This document shows, piece after piece, positions 11,003 through 22,853 of a stretch of 64,000 nt of DNA. Below the pieces are notes generated by a model, which was not told the origin of the DNA, made no database searches, and saw only the letters and a list, made by a program, of their open reading frames with translations. The DNA lies in NCBI GenBank assembly GCA_964019335.1, contig OZ025668.1, positions 496,001 to 560,000 on the forward strand, read 5' to 3'. The stretch's first letter is position 1, and every line of letters starts with the position of its first letter. Source of the DNA: Diplonema japonicum. Its lineage: Eukaryota; Protista; Euglenozoa: Diplonemea. Both the position numbers and the translations under genes were made by a program.

Positions 11003-12085
11003 TCAAATACAACCCGCAAGCACCGCCAAAGCAGCGGCCTTCGCCGCAACCATGCTGAGAACGGTCACGGTGATGATAGGTAAAACCTCCCCCGCTTTGC
11101 CTTCAAGATGGATAACTGCATGCGGTGTCATCAACGTCTTGTTTGGGTTGATTTCGACAATGGTCCCGCCTTTGCTCTTCACCAACAGTGGGAGCTTGTT
11201 CGCAGGGCTCACAATACACGAGGACCCGATGACTAAGGCACAGCGTGACGTCTCCGAAAGCGTGAAGCAGGACTTCTTCACAGAGTTCTTCAAAGCCTCC
11301 CCGAAGTAGATCGCATCCGGCTTCAGAACCCCGTCGCACTCCATACATTTTGGCGCTCCTTCGTGTGCTATCTTCCTTGCAGGAAGTTGCAGCATGGATT
11401 GATAATCCACTGATGACTCCGAAGATGTGTCAGAGACTGATGACGAGAGGTTTGTTGCGTCAGACGTGGAGTCAGATGATGAATCGGATGAAGGTGCTTT
11501 TTTTTGTGTTTTTTTTATTTTTGGCTGCTTTCCCGGGCATGGAGGGACGTTTTCATGGCAGATCTCACCTGTTTCACCGACCCACCCGAGATTCTTGAAA
11601 ACCTCCACCGCAGTGTAGGTTTGCTTGCAGGTCTTTCTGAGGCATATCCCGCGCATTTCGTTTCCGTGCAGTTCGTGCACAACCGACGACCCAGCATTTT
11701 GATGCAGCCCGTCAACGTTTTGCGTGATAACCCCGTTTACAAGGCCCTGTGCTTCTAGACTCGCCAGGCATAGATGGGCTGTGTTCGGTTTTACGGACGC
11801 TAACAGTTTCCACAGTTCGAATTCAAAGCGCCAGCACATTAGAGGGTTTTTCAAGAAGCCGTTGATGTGGCCGACCTCCTTTTGGTCGAATGACTCCCAA
11901 ATCCCGCCCGGGTCTCGATAAGTAGGCACGCCGCTCTCTTCGCTCACGCCTGCTCCTGTGAAAACCATCACCTCCCCACCTGCTTCTAACAGAGTTCTTG
12001 CTACACGCACCACAGGGTCGATCGGTCGCTTCCTCCTCACAACTACTTTACGACGGATTTTCCGTTTTGGGGCGACGGTATCCAT
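11003..12085 (-). CDS. NAD-dependent deacylase, sirtuin (Sir2/CobB-like)
   Basis: FTGAGVSEESGVPTYRD, ITQNVDGLH, ELHG, two Cys pairs, LKPDAIYFGE, IGSS..VSPA, VEINP. Confidence 0.9.
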   Translation of the reverse strand: MDTVAPKRKIRRKVVVRRKRPIDPVVRVARTLLEAGGEVMVFTGAGVSEESGVPTYRDPGGIWESFDQKEVGHINGFLKNPLMCWRFEFELWKLLASVKPNTAHLCLASLEAQGLVNGVITQNVDGLHQNAGSSVVHELHGNEMRGICLRKTCKQTYTAVEVFKNLGWVGETGEICHENVPPCPGKQPKIKKTQKKAPSSDSSSDSTSDATNLSSSVSDTSSESSVDYQSMLQLPARKIAHEGAPKCMECDGVLKPDAIYFGEALKNSVKKSCFTLSETSRCALVIGSSCIVSPANKLPLLVKSKGGTIVEINPNKTLMTPHAVIHLEGKAGEVLPIITVTVLSMVAAKAAALAVLAGCI

Positions 12086-12251
12086 TTTTTTTTTTCGGGT
12101 TCTTTTTTCTCCCTTCTTCTCAAATTAATAACTACGACATAAAAAGGAGGGAGGGAAAAAAACTTTTTTTTTCGTCCTTTTTTTTCCCCATATTCAGGCT
12201 AGGGAGGGGGGGGGGGGGAAAAAACAGTTTCAAACAAAAAAAAGATTATTG

Positions 12252-13544
12252 TCACGGCCCGCCAAAACTGTACCGTACCTCCAGCATAGCGTCGTAGGTG
12301 CGCTGGCTCTCCTCAAGCCTGCCCTCTTGCTCCGCCTGGTCGGCGATGCCATTCATCTCTAGCACTCTGTTGTAAGCAAATTGTTCATCACTGGGAAGCG
12401 TGGTCTCCCACCCATTCACAAACTCCTCGTCGGCACCCTCAGTGGTATAGATCAGATCCGTGCGCAAAATGTATTTGTACCCCGAGATAACTGGCTGCGC
12501 GAAGTGTATGAGATGGTGCGGGAAAACTACTGCAAGACCTGCTTTGGGAACGATCCTGTGGGATTGCGTCAAATGCAAATTTGCCTTCCACGAAGGAGGT
12601 GGTGGAGACCCGAGCGGGACCTCGTACTCGGCGGGTTCCGGGCCTGGTTTTGTGAATATCAAATCCCCACCTTCATAATCATCATTTAAATAAACCATGA
12701 CGGTGAACGCACTGCGCAAACCCGGAGACCTTACATGATTCGCGTCTCGATGAATCTGGAACAACCCATTCTCGCTGTATCTTACTAATCTAAACACATT
12801 GTTGCATAGTGAGGGGGTCCAGGGTGATGTTGTTTTAACACCGAAGCCGCGTGGAATTGCTTGGAGGTGCTCTGGAGGGACTGCCGCCATGACCCTTTCG
12901 AATATTGCACTTGCTGCGTCGGTAGAAGAAATCAACAGCCTGTTCCCGGTCCGGTACCATGTTGGAAACTCTCTTGACAGATTTTTAGCTTGTCCTGAAG
13001 GGTATACCTTGTCTACCCACCATTTGCATTCGTTGGGGGTCAGAAAATTCTCGATGATGTTTACGGGGTGCCCGCCTACCTCCAAGAGGGACCAGTTGTG
13101 TTGCGAGATGCCAGCGATCGGAATGCGTGTTTCTGGTTTGAATACCCAGAATTCGTCGCGGTTCTCCCAGTGTTTTTGAGATTTGTCCTGTTTTTCCAAA
13201 ATTGAGTCTTTTGGAGAAACCCATGTGTCTTTGGGTTCTTCTCGTTTTGGTAGTGTTGGCTGTTTCTGTTGCTGTCTTGGAATTGTTTCTGCTGGACGAT
13301 CTCTTAGTTGTACCCTACTCACCTTCTCAGCGACGGCCATCTCGTCAGTATTGAACCCTTTACAGGTAGTTGCGAGCCACTCTTTTAGCGCTGCTTTTTT
13401 CCCGCTATCTCTCCCCGAGCTAATCTCATAAAAGGCCGCGTGTAACTCCATCAGACCCGTGCCTTTCCCGCCGCTCGTCCTTTTTTTTACATAATCTATG
13501 AACTTGGTTCTAAGCTGTTTGTATTTTTCTTCCGTTTGTGGCAT
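12252..13544 (-). CDS. 2-oxoglutarate/Fe(II) dioxygenase (prolyl-4-hydroxylase-like)
   Basis: IENFLTPNEC, FRLVRY, HRD, MVYLNDDYEGGDL, VVFPHHLIH..PVISGYKYILRTD. Confidence 0.85.
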   Translation of the reverse strand: MPQTEEKYKQLRTKFIDYVKKRTSGGKGTGLMELHAAFYEISSGRDSGKKAALKEWLATTCKGFNTDEMAVAEKVSRVQLRDRPAETIPRQQQKQPTLPKREEPKDTWVSPKDSILEKQDKSQKHWENRDEFWVFKPETRIPIAGISQHNWSLLEVGGHPVNIIENFLTPNECKWWVDKVYPSGQAKNLSREFPTWYRTGNRLLISSTDAASAIFERVMAAVPPEHLQAIPRGFGVKTTSPWTPSLCNNVFRLVRYSENGLFQIHRDANHVRSPGLRSAFTVMVYLNDDYEGGDLIFTKPGPEPAEYEVPLGSPPPPSWKANLHLTQSHRIVPKAGLAVVFPHHLIHFAQPVISGYKYILRTDLIYTTEGADEEFVNGWETTLPSDEQFAYNRVLEMNGIADQAEQEGRLEESQRTYDAMLEVRYSFGGP

Positions 13545-13900
13545 TTCTTTTTTAAATGTTATTGTTATTATGCCCTGTTAGAAATAAAAGATTTTTTTCC
13601 AAGAAAAAAAAGGGGGGGGGGAACAAGAACAACGATGAAGTGATGATCGAGGTTTTCGGGAGGTGTGCGGGGGTGAGGAGGGCAACAAAAAAAAAAAAAA
13701 AAAAGAAACCAATCGAAAAGAGAAAATGAGAAAAAAAAGAAAAAGAAAAACGGGGGGGAAAAAAAAAATGAAAGTACTGATGTTTTTTTTTTCCTCCTTT
13801 TCCCCCTCGGGTGTATTCCCCCCCCTTCCCCCCATGATAATTTTGAAGTATAATATTTTCCATTCTTTTTTTTTGTTCTTTCTCCTTATCTGCTGTTCCC

Positions 13901-16900
13901 CTAGTGTCGCTTGTATCTCTTTTTCGATTTGAAAGAAACTCCCGCTCGCTCTGTGAAATTCCACTCCTTCTTCTTGTCCTTTCCGGATTTGATTTTTTTT
14001 CCAGAGCCCTTGCGGTTCTTGTCGGCTTTTTCGATCTGTTTTTTTTTTTTTTTTCTTCTTTTTTTTTTTTTCCCGTACCTTTTCCTTCTTCGCCGCTTGT
14101 CTTTTCGCCAGCCAGTCTCTTGCGTTTGCTTTTTTTGTCGATTTTCCACGCATTTTTTCAATCTTCTGGGGTTGGTAATGTTTCCCGTACTTATCACCGG
14201 TAGGGGCCTTTTCAACATTTCGGGCTGCAGCAGCTTCCATCTTTTCGATCTGCGTGTTTTTTTTTTTTTTTTTAACCCATAACACTCCAAGGCGCAAATA
14301 TTTGTCGTTTTGAAAAATCGTTTTTTTCTCTAAGTACTTTTTCGTCCCCACGACCCCTGGATCTCCAAGCACGACTATAGTGAGGAGTTATTTTCAACTG
14401 CAATTAATGCTGCTCTGCATCACTTTACCTTGTTATCCACCCACCAAGTGGGTCCCAAATCCGAGTAGATAGGCTAAAAACGCAAAATAACGGGTGTGCA
14501 TACTGTGCCCAAATTGTTCCCAAAAAACGCAAAGGTAAAGCCAAAACAGCTACGGACGAGGTCCAACCTTCATGGGTAAGGGAGTTGGTACCCATAGAGA
14601 CCATAAAATAGGCCAGTGGGGAGAAAAAAAGCTGTCCCGTGGTACGCAGAAACTTGACGACGCAAAATGGTTATTCCTTCGGTTTTTTTATAAGAAGCTA
14701 ACAGACGTCATCCAAGAGACAAACAGGCAAAAGGACGCTGAGATTGATAAAATTTCGACCCAAGACTCCACCGCTTACTCGGATTGAGCATTGCGATGGG
14801 TTTACGGCGTGCCCAGAATCAGCAGTCGTATTGGTCCACAGGACCCATGAAAATCCCCGTTTTCAGTAACACGATGCCCAGGAGACGCTACTGGGAAATC
14901 AAAAGTAGCCTCCGCTTCACTCACACAGAAGAGTCAAACGGTGATGTGTTGTGAAGATACGGGGGTTTCTGGACAGAATTGGTGACAAGTGGGCAAAACA
15001 GCAGTGTCAGGAAAATATTTAAGCATTGACGAGACACTCGTACCTTCACGGGGCAATTGGGCTGCGGGTCTACTGTCCTTTCAAGCGTAAAAGATATGGC
15101 ATAAAAATCTACTGCCTAAACTGCGCGAGCACGAGTTATCTTTTGCGTTTCACATCCACCAAAATCGAGGGGCACGCACTTGAAGATTTCAGTGTTGTGG
15201 AAAAAGCGGGGCTGGGGTTAACAGAGCCTTTCCGGGGAAATGACAACACGGTAGTTTGCGATAGCTACTTTTCGACTGTGGGTCTGGCCGAAGCCCTGCT
15301 GTGAGGGGCTTGCATTTCGTTGGGTGTTGCGGACTCTTCTGGTGGGCCCTAGAAGTGACAATAGTTAACTGCCATGCACTTCAAATAAAATATGGTTCAG
15401 GGATGCCAAAGAGATACACAACCCTGGCTGCTTTAAAGAGCGCTTTCGAGAGAGCCTAATTGATGGGTCCAACGTTGCAAAAACACCACTCCCGGCACCC
15501 AACTAGTGGGGCACACACACCCGATACCCCAGATTACACCAAACGTGACCGCTAGCCACTCAAAGGGGGCACCTCCAGGGTCTGCAGGTTGAAAGAATGC
15601 ACAAAACGCACAATCTACAAATGCTACACCTGAAACCAACACCTCTGTCCAAATAAGTGCTTTTTTCGTACCACTCTTCCATCACCCCAAAAAGGCCTCT
15701 TGACGATTTCGAGGCCGATATTCCACCCGCAAATAGGCACTTCTCTCGGTCTGAGACATCTGAGGGGTCCTGATGCTGCCTTTTTTGTCCCAAGATGCTC
15801 AATTTACACCCCCCCGTGCACAACCCATTTTGACATGGTCGTTTTTGAGCACCCTACGGCCATTCAACTCTTCATCCCCTTTGTATTTTTATTAATTTTT
15901 GAACTTTTTTTTTAATTTTCCTGGTCCAAAAAACCCGTTTTACCTGCAAACGGGGGTTGAATGCTGCCATTTTTCCCCTCAGATTATGAAAAGGAGCAAA
16001 AAAGGGACCCCTATGTAGATAGGCCCCGGAGTGTTATGGGTTAATTTATAAGGCAAAAATTAAAAACATTCCCATACCCTTGAACCAAATTCTCCCTGCT
16101 TCCTCTTCTTCATGTGGTACGGCCCGCCAGTGATGAAGTCATCAAGGTCCGCACGACTTTCCGCTTCAAGCTCTTCACGTGTTCTTTTCCTAGTGGCATT
16201 CTTCTCCGACTCATTCGCGAACCACGTAGCACGAGGCCTGTGTAGGTGGCTAGAGCACCGTTTACTTAGCATACCTTGACTTGATCTCCTCCATGTGGAC
16301 GATGGTGTTCCTCTGCTTGGTGATCTTCTTCTCAGCCTCTTCGATCTTCTTTTCCATCTGCGCTTGTGCGATCCTCTCTTTGATCTTCGGTTGCAGACTT
16401 TCTATTATGGTTTCCATTTCTGCGAGCCTGTCCTTCTCTACTTCGCGTCTTCTTACCTTCGACACCTGTGTCGACCCCACCTGCACCTTCGACAGTTTGA
16501 CCACCTTCTTCATCAGGTCTGTGTCTTTGGTACCCACGAACGACACAGCTCTTCCGGTGTTCCCTATCCTCGCAGTCCGCCCCACCCGGTGCACGTACCC
16601 TGTGACGTCCATCGGCAGATCGTAGTTGACGACAGTGCGTACCCCTTCGATGTCGAGGCCCCTTGCTGCCACCTCTGTCGTCACCAGTACCTTCGCTTCC
16701 CTGTTCCTGAACTTATCCAGCGCCGCTAGCCGCTCCATCTGCGACACATTCTGGTGCAGCTCGACACAGTCCACGCCCTGCAGCTCCAGCAGCACCTTTA
16801 CACGCGCTGCACGCGATTTCTTTTCGCAGAACACAATGACGCCCTTCTTGAACTCGTGCGTGCACAGGCATGAGATGTACTGCAGCCTCGCTTTTTCTTC

Positions 16901-17944
16901 CTCAGCCGGAAGTCGTACGAACTCCTGCGTGAGGTGGGTGGCAACCGCCACGTGCCCCACGTCGACGTTGATGGGCTTGTCGAGAGAGAGGGACGCGAGC
17001 TCGTTGACCTCCTTCGTCATGGTAGCGCTGAATAGAAGGGTCTGGCGCTTTGCGGGGCAGAAACGGAGGAGTTCTTCGAGCTGTGGGCGGAACCCGTGGG
17101 ATAAGAGGCGGTCCGCTTCGTCAAGGACGAGGAACTCGAGGCCGTCGAGGGTCACGCCCTGCGCGTTGCGGAGACTGTCGATGAGGCGCCCAGGGGTTGC
17201 GATCACGATGTCGGGTCGGTTACGCAGCTCGCGCTGCTGGGCGGCGATGGACAGCCCACCGATGACAAGACTCTTGGTGATGTTGAGCCCGATGCTGAGC
17301 TGCTCAAGCATGTTGAAGCACTGCACGGCAAGCTCACGGGAGGGGAGCACCGCAACGGCCCTGATGCAGCTCTTCGTCCTCTTCTCAGATGATATTTTTT
17401 CCAGCACGGGGAGAAGGAAAGCACCTGTCTTGCCGCTCCCTGTCACAGATCGGCAGCAGACATCGTAACCTTCACACGATGCCGGGATGGCCTTGCACTG
17501 GACAGGGGTGGGCATCATCCAGCCGTTCTGTGCAATAGAGTGTTGGAGGCGCTTGTTGAGGGGGAGGTCGAGCCAGCTGGTTTTCGTTTGTTCTTGACCT
17601 TCCGCGATCTTGATGGTCTGGGCTCCCTTGATGGGGCCATCCACGGGCTTCGTGTCTGCTTGTTCAACTTCGTCCTCTTCCCCTTCTTCTTCGACTTCTT
17701 CCTCAGCGGCTCCCTCTTCCCCTTCCTCAACCTCTTCTTCTTCCTCATCCATTTCGATGTCTTCCTCACCTTCCTCACATTCCTCCTCCCCAAACTCTTG
17801 TCCTTCTCCTTCTTCTATGGTACTCTCCTCCCACGATTCATCGTCATCCTCTTCTGCCCTCTTTTTCTTGTCTTTAGGGTTGATGCTGATCCCCCTCCCC
17901 GGGCCTGCTAGCCCAGAGAAGAACCCCGACGTGTCCCGATCCAT
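13901..17944 (-). CDS. DDX27: DEAD-box RNA helicase DDX27/Drs1; exons 17944-16275, 16237-16078, 14249-14079, 14035-13901
   Basis: Motifs PTPVQ, TGSGKT, PSRELA, TPGR, DEAD, SAT, ARGLD, HRVGRTAR. Splicing yields EIKSR|PRATWF and a C-terminal FKSKKRYKRH, typical of Drs1/DDX27; all junctions are GT-AG and in phase. Confidence 0.9.
14276..16040 (+). mobile_element. piggyBac-superfamily DNA transposon, decayed, 1765 bp
   Basis: TTAA target duplications at 14272-14275 and 16041-16044; 13-bp perfect TIRs CCCATAACACTCC / GGAGTGTTATGGG; broken transposase fragments. Confidence 0.92.
14848..15680 (+). pseudogene. piggyBac transposase remnant
   Basis: Fragments TMPRRRYWEIKSSLRF, SIDE, KRYGIKIYCL, VVCDSYFSTVGLAEAL and a Cys-rich end (CRLKECTKRTIYKCYT*NQHLCPNKCFFSYH), with stops, frameshifts and internal deletion. 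Confidence 0.85.
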
Positions 17945-18105
17945 CCTTTCTGTGGGAACCTGTGGCGGGCTGCTTGGAGAGAAAAGTTGCTACAAAAACA
18001 AAACGCAAATACACGAGTTCGATCTAATAGGTGCCGAGGGGTGCGGGGGGTGGGTTCAAAATCTTTAATGGGAAAGGGAGGGGACGATCATAAACAGCGA
18101 TTCTT

Positions 18106-19501
18106 TTATCTATACATGTTTTCAGCCACTCGGCGTTGGAGGGAAGCCATTATGTCGTATTGGTTAGGGTTGGAGGGGTTTCCCCCTCCCCCTCCTCCAC
18201 CTTGGCCTGAGTGAACTGGCCGGGGTGGGGAGATACCCCCGATTCTTATTGGTCCACCAGGTTGGGCATTATTGAAGTGTTGTGGTTGTTGTTGTTGTTG
18301 TTGTTGTTGAGGGGCCATGGCGGCAGGGGGTTGAGCGTACCCAGTTGAAGCGGGGTTGCCGCGTAGCTCTTGGATTATTTTGTACTGTGCCTCGATAGTG
18401 GCTTGCTGTTGGCTTTGCTGCAGCTGTAGTTTCTCCTTCTCGAACGACTCCCGCTGTTCTGCCATCTCCTTCTGCGACACTTCATAATGCTTTTTAAGCG
18501 TTTGCGCACTGCCCAGAAGCGTCTCGATTTCACCCGTCTTCATCTGATTCGAGTGCCGCAGCTGCTCAATAACACTCTGAAGCTCCTATGGTCGAGTTGT
18601 TTTTTTATTTCCTCCCCCCTCTTTCTAACACACCACAATGAGCTCCCTGCCTTCTTCACCTTCTTCTCGTAACAGTTCGTTTTCTCGTCGGATCTATTGA
18701 ATTATCTTCTCCCACGTTGTTTAAGCATACCTTCTCGTATTCTTGCATGCCCCTGACCTCCCCTACCAGCCTCCCGTTGCCTTGCTGTTGCTGTAGACGG
18801 GACGCTGCAGCCTGCTGTTCTTTAGCTTGGACGGCGAGGGTCAGGGATTCTATCTGGCGTTTCAAGACGCCCAGTTCGTCAGCGTGTGGGCTGGAGGCTG
18901 GCGGTTGGTAATGAACAGGAAGAGGTGGTGGTGGTGGCTCGTATGATTCAGGAGTGGTTCTAGGCTGCGCCTGTTGTGTCATTTCTACTAATTGCTGGAT
19001 TTTCGACTCCAGGCTTGCCATCTCGGACTTTTGCTGCTGGGCTAATTTATGGTGGAGGTTGGTTACGACGCCGTTGAGCTCTTGCCGTGTGGCGACCGGA
19101 GGAAGTGGGTGGTGGACTACATGGTGGGTGGTGTTACTCCCACGTGGAGACACGTGTGTCGGGTATGCTGGCCGATGAGAAGGGGGTGGATGGAGCTCCT
19201 CAACAGGATACAGAGGCTGCCTTGCTATAGGCATCGGAGGCGATGGAGGAGCTGGTGGCGGCATCCCCACTTGCTGCTGTGCCGCCCACGAGCCCCCTAA
19301 AATGGTCCCTAAGTCCGGCGGAACATAGTCAAAGTTCCACATAGGGTACTTCTCTTGCATCGCCTTGACTATCATGTCCTCGTTCCCAGGGTACTGCTCC
19401 AGTATCGAGTCCACTGACGGCACCTTTTCGGGCAAGAATCTTGCGTAAAAGGCGACCATTTTCCGCCTTGCTACTTCTTTGCTGCTATGGATTTCCTGCA
19501 T
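18106..19501 (-). CDS. Pro/Gln-rich coiled-coil protein of unknown function; introns 18694-18730 and 18586-18633
   Basis: Two GT-AG introns join ORFs 18656..19552 and 18106..18543 via a 60-nt exon (IRRENELLREEGEEGRELIV); N-terminal FY...PEKV..VDSILEQYPGNE...KY module. Confidence 0.75.
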
Positions 19502-20174
19502 CTTATTCCCCACCTCTCCCTCCCCACCAACCTGTAAACGTGATCGCCACAATTATCACAAAGGCACAAAATACTCATCGCGAAGTTGCAATACGAAGCT
19601 GAGCGCCTGGTATAAAGGAAAAGGAAGGACAGGGGCAACCCAGCGGGGTGGAACCCCCCATACAACAAAGCTCAACAAAATCCACTAGAAGCCTACAAGA
19701 AATGAGGCGAATGCAGCACCCATCATGAAGCGGTGGAAGAGCGGAACACGGAGACGCCGCAAAGAAGAAGCTGGTAAAGATAGAAATAAAAAATAAATAC
19801 TGTGTAAACAAAAAAAGAAGAAAAGAAGAAGAAAACAGGGAGGGTACAAGAATGCCAAACAGACGCGTTTTACGAAATCTAGTATTTCTGACTTGCACGC
19901 AGTGTTTTCTGCCCACCCTGGCATCCTCCCAGCAGCCTCATCCAGAGGAAGAAACATCCAGAGTTGTTTGTCTGTATAGAAATAACAGACAAATCCCCAA
20001 ATCTCCAAACAACACGAAAAAACGAAGAAACGTTGTCTTGTTCGTCACTTTCTTTTTACAGTGTTGGTAATGGTTGTGTAAATGCAGAGGAACATAAAGA
20101 AGCGAACGAGAAAAAAAAAAGGTGGGGAGGGGGGGGAAAGGGTTAGAGAAGGGAAAAGAAAACATCCGACCTTG

Positions 20175-22412
20175 TCACGCGCTGATGCGAAGGTCTAGTT
20201 CCAGGAATTTGTCCTGCCATGTTTGGATGTTGCATCCGATCTGATAGGTCGTCTGCAGGAGGGACTGAAGCTCAGGGAAATAAAACCTCATCGGTAGGGT
20301 CATGTGCAGCTGGTCCAGGTTTTCTGCAACTGCCTCATTAACTTTGCTGAGGACGTGGCCTATGCAGTACCGCGAGGTGGTGTTGATGAGCGCGCTGTGC
20401 TCCTGCATCACGCGGAACCTCCTCTGCGTCACGGTCGTGTCCACAGCCTCTTCAATGGTGACTAGAAGCTCCCCGTCCCACAGCTGCGGTGGTGGGTCTT
20501 TCACTTGGTTTTCTTCTTCTTCCACTTCCTCTTCTTTCTTCCGCTCTTTCCTTTCATCCACTACCTCTACTTTGTTTCTCAGCAGCGTCCCGGTCTCTTC
20601 CCGCATCCTCCCGACCCACGAAAGTGTGGTCGTCTCCATCGGCTTCTTCCCCACAACTCTCTGCCGCCTGTTTAACGTCAGCTCCTTCTCAGGCAACGTA
20701 AACAGCGATGCCAACGGAACAGGTGTGACCCTGTCCCCCCTCGTACGGGGGTGCCTTGCAGCCGCCACGTCCGTAGGGTACGAGGACACCGTGTAGTGCG
20801 CTTCCATCTCCGGCTGCGTGAAGCTGCTAAGGTCTACGTTCATAAAACCCAGGTGCTCGCCATCTGCGCTGCCGTAGCTCTTTCGCAGTGAGCCTAACGT
20901 TGACTTCTTGAATTCCTTTTTGTCAGGATCGGAAGGTTCCACGTCCGGAGGATCATCAAGAAGCGGGCGGTAGTCGCAAGGAAGTATAGGGAGGACCGCC
21001 TTTGTGCTGGGATGGGGCAGCCTCTTGGGGGGTACCGTCGTGTAGTACTTCTTATACGCGGCCCCGTTGCTGAGCATCTGTTTCATGCGCATGACGCTGT
21101 TGCGCTCGTGGTGGAGGAGGTCGTCGGGTGTAACTGCCAGCTCCAGGCGGCCCTGCTCCAACTCGTTGCGACGCGCTTCACTGCGTATGTTGCACTTCTC
21201 GACACTGCTGCTGTCGACATCGTCCCTGACCTCTGACAACATCCTTCTGACATTCTCTACCTCCACCGGGTCCTCTGCCTGCGCTACCCTGTGGTAGTAC
21301 CTGTCCAGCTGCTCGTAGAACTGCATGGTATTCGTCTTCAGTTGCTTGCTGGACGCTAATAGCTTTTCGCGGAGCCCTTCTTTCAGTATCAGCTGCTTGG
21401 TTCCGTTCGTGACTAGCTCGCTGCACACCTGCAAGCAGCCACACGCGGTTTGGGAACGGTTCACGGACGTGGCGAGTTCTGCGTCTATCCGCACGCTGCA
21501 CTCCAGCCAGTCTGTTTTCCTGCGCTTCACGTCCGCCGTCCACTGGTCAATGCCTTTGCGCTTTGCAAGTTCTGTTTTCATGTTCCTCTTCCGCTCGGTC
21601 ATGACAGCGACTTCGCTTCGGACTCTCTTCAGCAGCTCTTTGATGAGCCGGCGGCTTTTGGTTTGCATCTCAGTCAGGATGGATAGCCGTTTTGTGGTTT
21701 CCCCTCTGCGGGTGCTGGCGTCGTCCAGAGCAGCTTCAGTCTGGTCGAGGTACTGTGACCTGTCGCATGCAAGGGCAGCTCTCTTGAGGCTGATAGTATC
21801 GGTTTCGGTTTGTTGTTTGGTGAGCTTGCTAGCGAGGAGGGCGATGGACTCGGCAAGATTCTCTTCTTTCTCGGCCTGCGAGTTACTGAGCAACTGGACC
21901 TCTTGGCGCAGGTGGCGGATCAGCTGCAGCGAGACCGCAAGCTGTTGCGAGGTCTCCTCCTTCTCCGACAGCATGTCGCCGTCCTCACGGTGTTTGCAGA
22001 TGTTCTCCGTGCACTCTTCGACTTTGAAAACCAAGTCCTCTATTGTCGTCCGTACTCCTGACAGTGTTTCGAGGCGTTCCGACAGAGCCTCTGAAGAAGC
22101 GATCAGCTTCCCAAGGCACATCGAGATGGTGTCTGATGAGTGCGTTGGCATCATTACACTACACGCCTCTAAGTCTCTCAGAAATGCATTTATGTCATGA
22201 CAAGATAATATTTTCTGCAACTTAAGGTTGTCACACGTCTCCCTCAACCGCATCTCGGCCTCTTCGTCCACCCCTTTTTCGTGATACTCTGTGTGCCGCA
22301 CATTGGGCATCTGCGTGGTATCGCACACCGCCTTGTCCGCCTCGTCCACCACTGTCGTCACCAGATCGTCCGCGACTCTCTCAAGCACCCCGATAGCCTC
22401 ATCCTGATGCAT
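20175..22412 (-). CDS. Paraflagellar rod (PFR)-domain-like protein, divergent
   Basis: 745 aa helical ORF; the segments EDGDM..EE, AALACDRSQYL and LATSVNRSQTACGCLQVCSELVTNG recall the PFR1/2 domain (alignment by eye). Confidence 0.6.
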   Translation of the reverse strand: MHQDEAIGVLERVADDLVTTVVDEADKAVCDTTQMPNVRHTEYHEKGVDEEAEMRLRETCDNLKLQKILSCHDINAFLRDLEACSVMMPTHSSDTISMCLGKLIASSEALSERLETLSGVRTTIEDLVFKVEECTENICKHREDGDMLSEKEETSQQLAVSLQLIRHLRQEVQLLSNSQAEKEENLAESIALLASKLTKQQTETDTISLKRAALACDRSQYLDQTEAALDDASTRRGETTKRLSILTEMQTKSRRLIKELLKRVRSEVAVMTERKRNMKTELAKRKGIDQWTADVKRRKTDWLECSVRIDAELATSVNRSQTACGCLQVCSELVTNGTKQLILKEGLREKLLASSKQLKTNTMQFYEQLDRYYHRVAQAEDPVEVENVRRMLSEVRDDVDSSSVEKCNIRSEARRNELEQGRLELAVTPDDLLHHERNSVMRMKQMLSNGAAYKKYYTTVPPKRLPHPSTKAVLPILPCDYRPLLDDPPDVEPSDPDKKEFKKSTLGSLRKSYGSADGEHLGFMNVDLSSFTQPEMEAHYTVSSYPTDVAAARHPRTRGDRVTPVPLASLFTLPEKELTLNRRQRVVGKKPMETTTLSWVGRMREETGTLLRNKVEVVDERKERKKEEEVEEEENQVKDPPPQLWDGELLVTIEEAVDTTVTQRRFRVMQEHSALINTTSRYCIGHVLSKVNEAVAENLDQLHMTLPMRFYFPELQSLLQTTYQIGCNIQTWQDKFLELDLRISA

Positions 22413-22853
22413 ATGGCTCTACCAATAAAAAATAAAATTTCAGGGGGTTTTTTTTTTGTTTTTTTTTTTTTTTGTTTCCTTATTCTTGACAGGGTGGGGG
22501 GATATGACTTCTCCTCCTCGATATTCCACCTAAAAACAAATGAATGACAAGGTGGAAAAGCAAATGAATACCGAAGGAAAATGGGAAGGGAGGGGGGGGG
22601 GGGGGGGGAAGAAGTAAAAAGTAAAAAGTAACAGCTTCTCTCTTCATTTTTCTTCCTCTTTGATAACACATACTTTTGACACGAGCGTTTCTCCCGAGGG
22701 GAAACTGGTTACTAAAAAAAAGGGGGGTAGGAAATAAAAACACTTTTTCCCCTTCCCCTCTCTCCTCCTACTCCCATCAGTGAAATTATATCCCAATGAC
22801 ACTATCTTTCCCCCCTTAAATCACTACAACTTAACAAAAAAAAACACTTCTTT

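Noticed and set aside
19550-20010. Hydrophobic reading frame interrupted by one TAG (possible read-through or recoding)
   Set aside because: No homology clue, and TAG is used as a normal stop in other genes here
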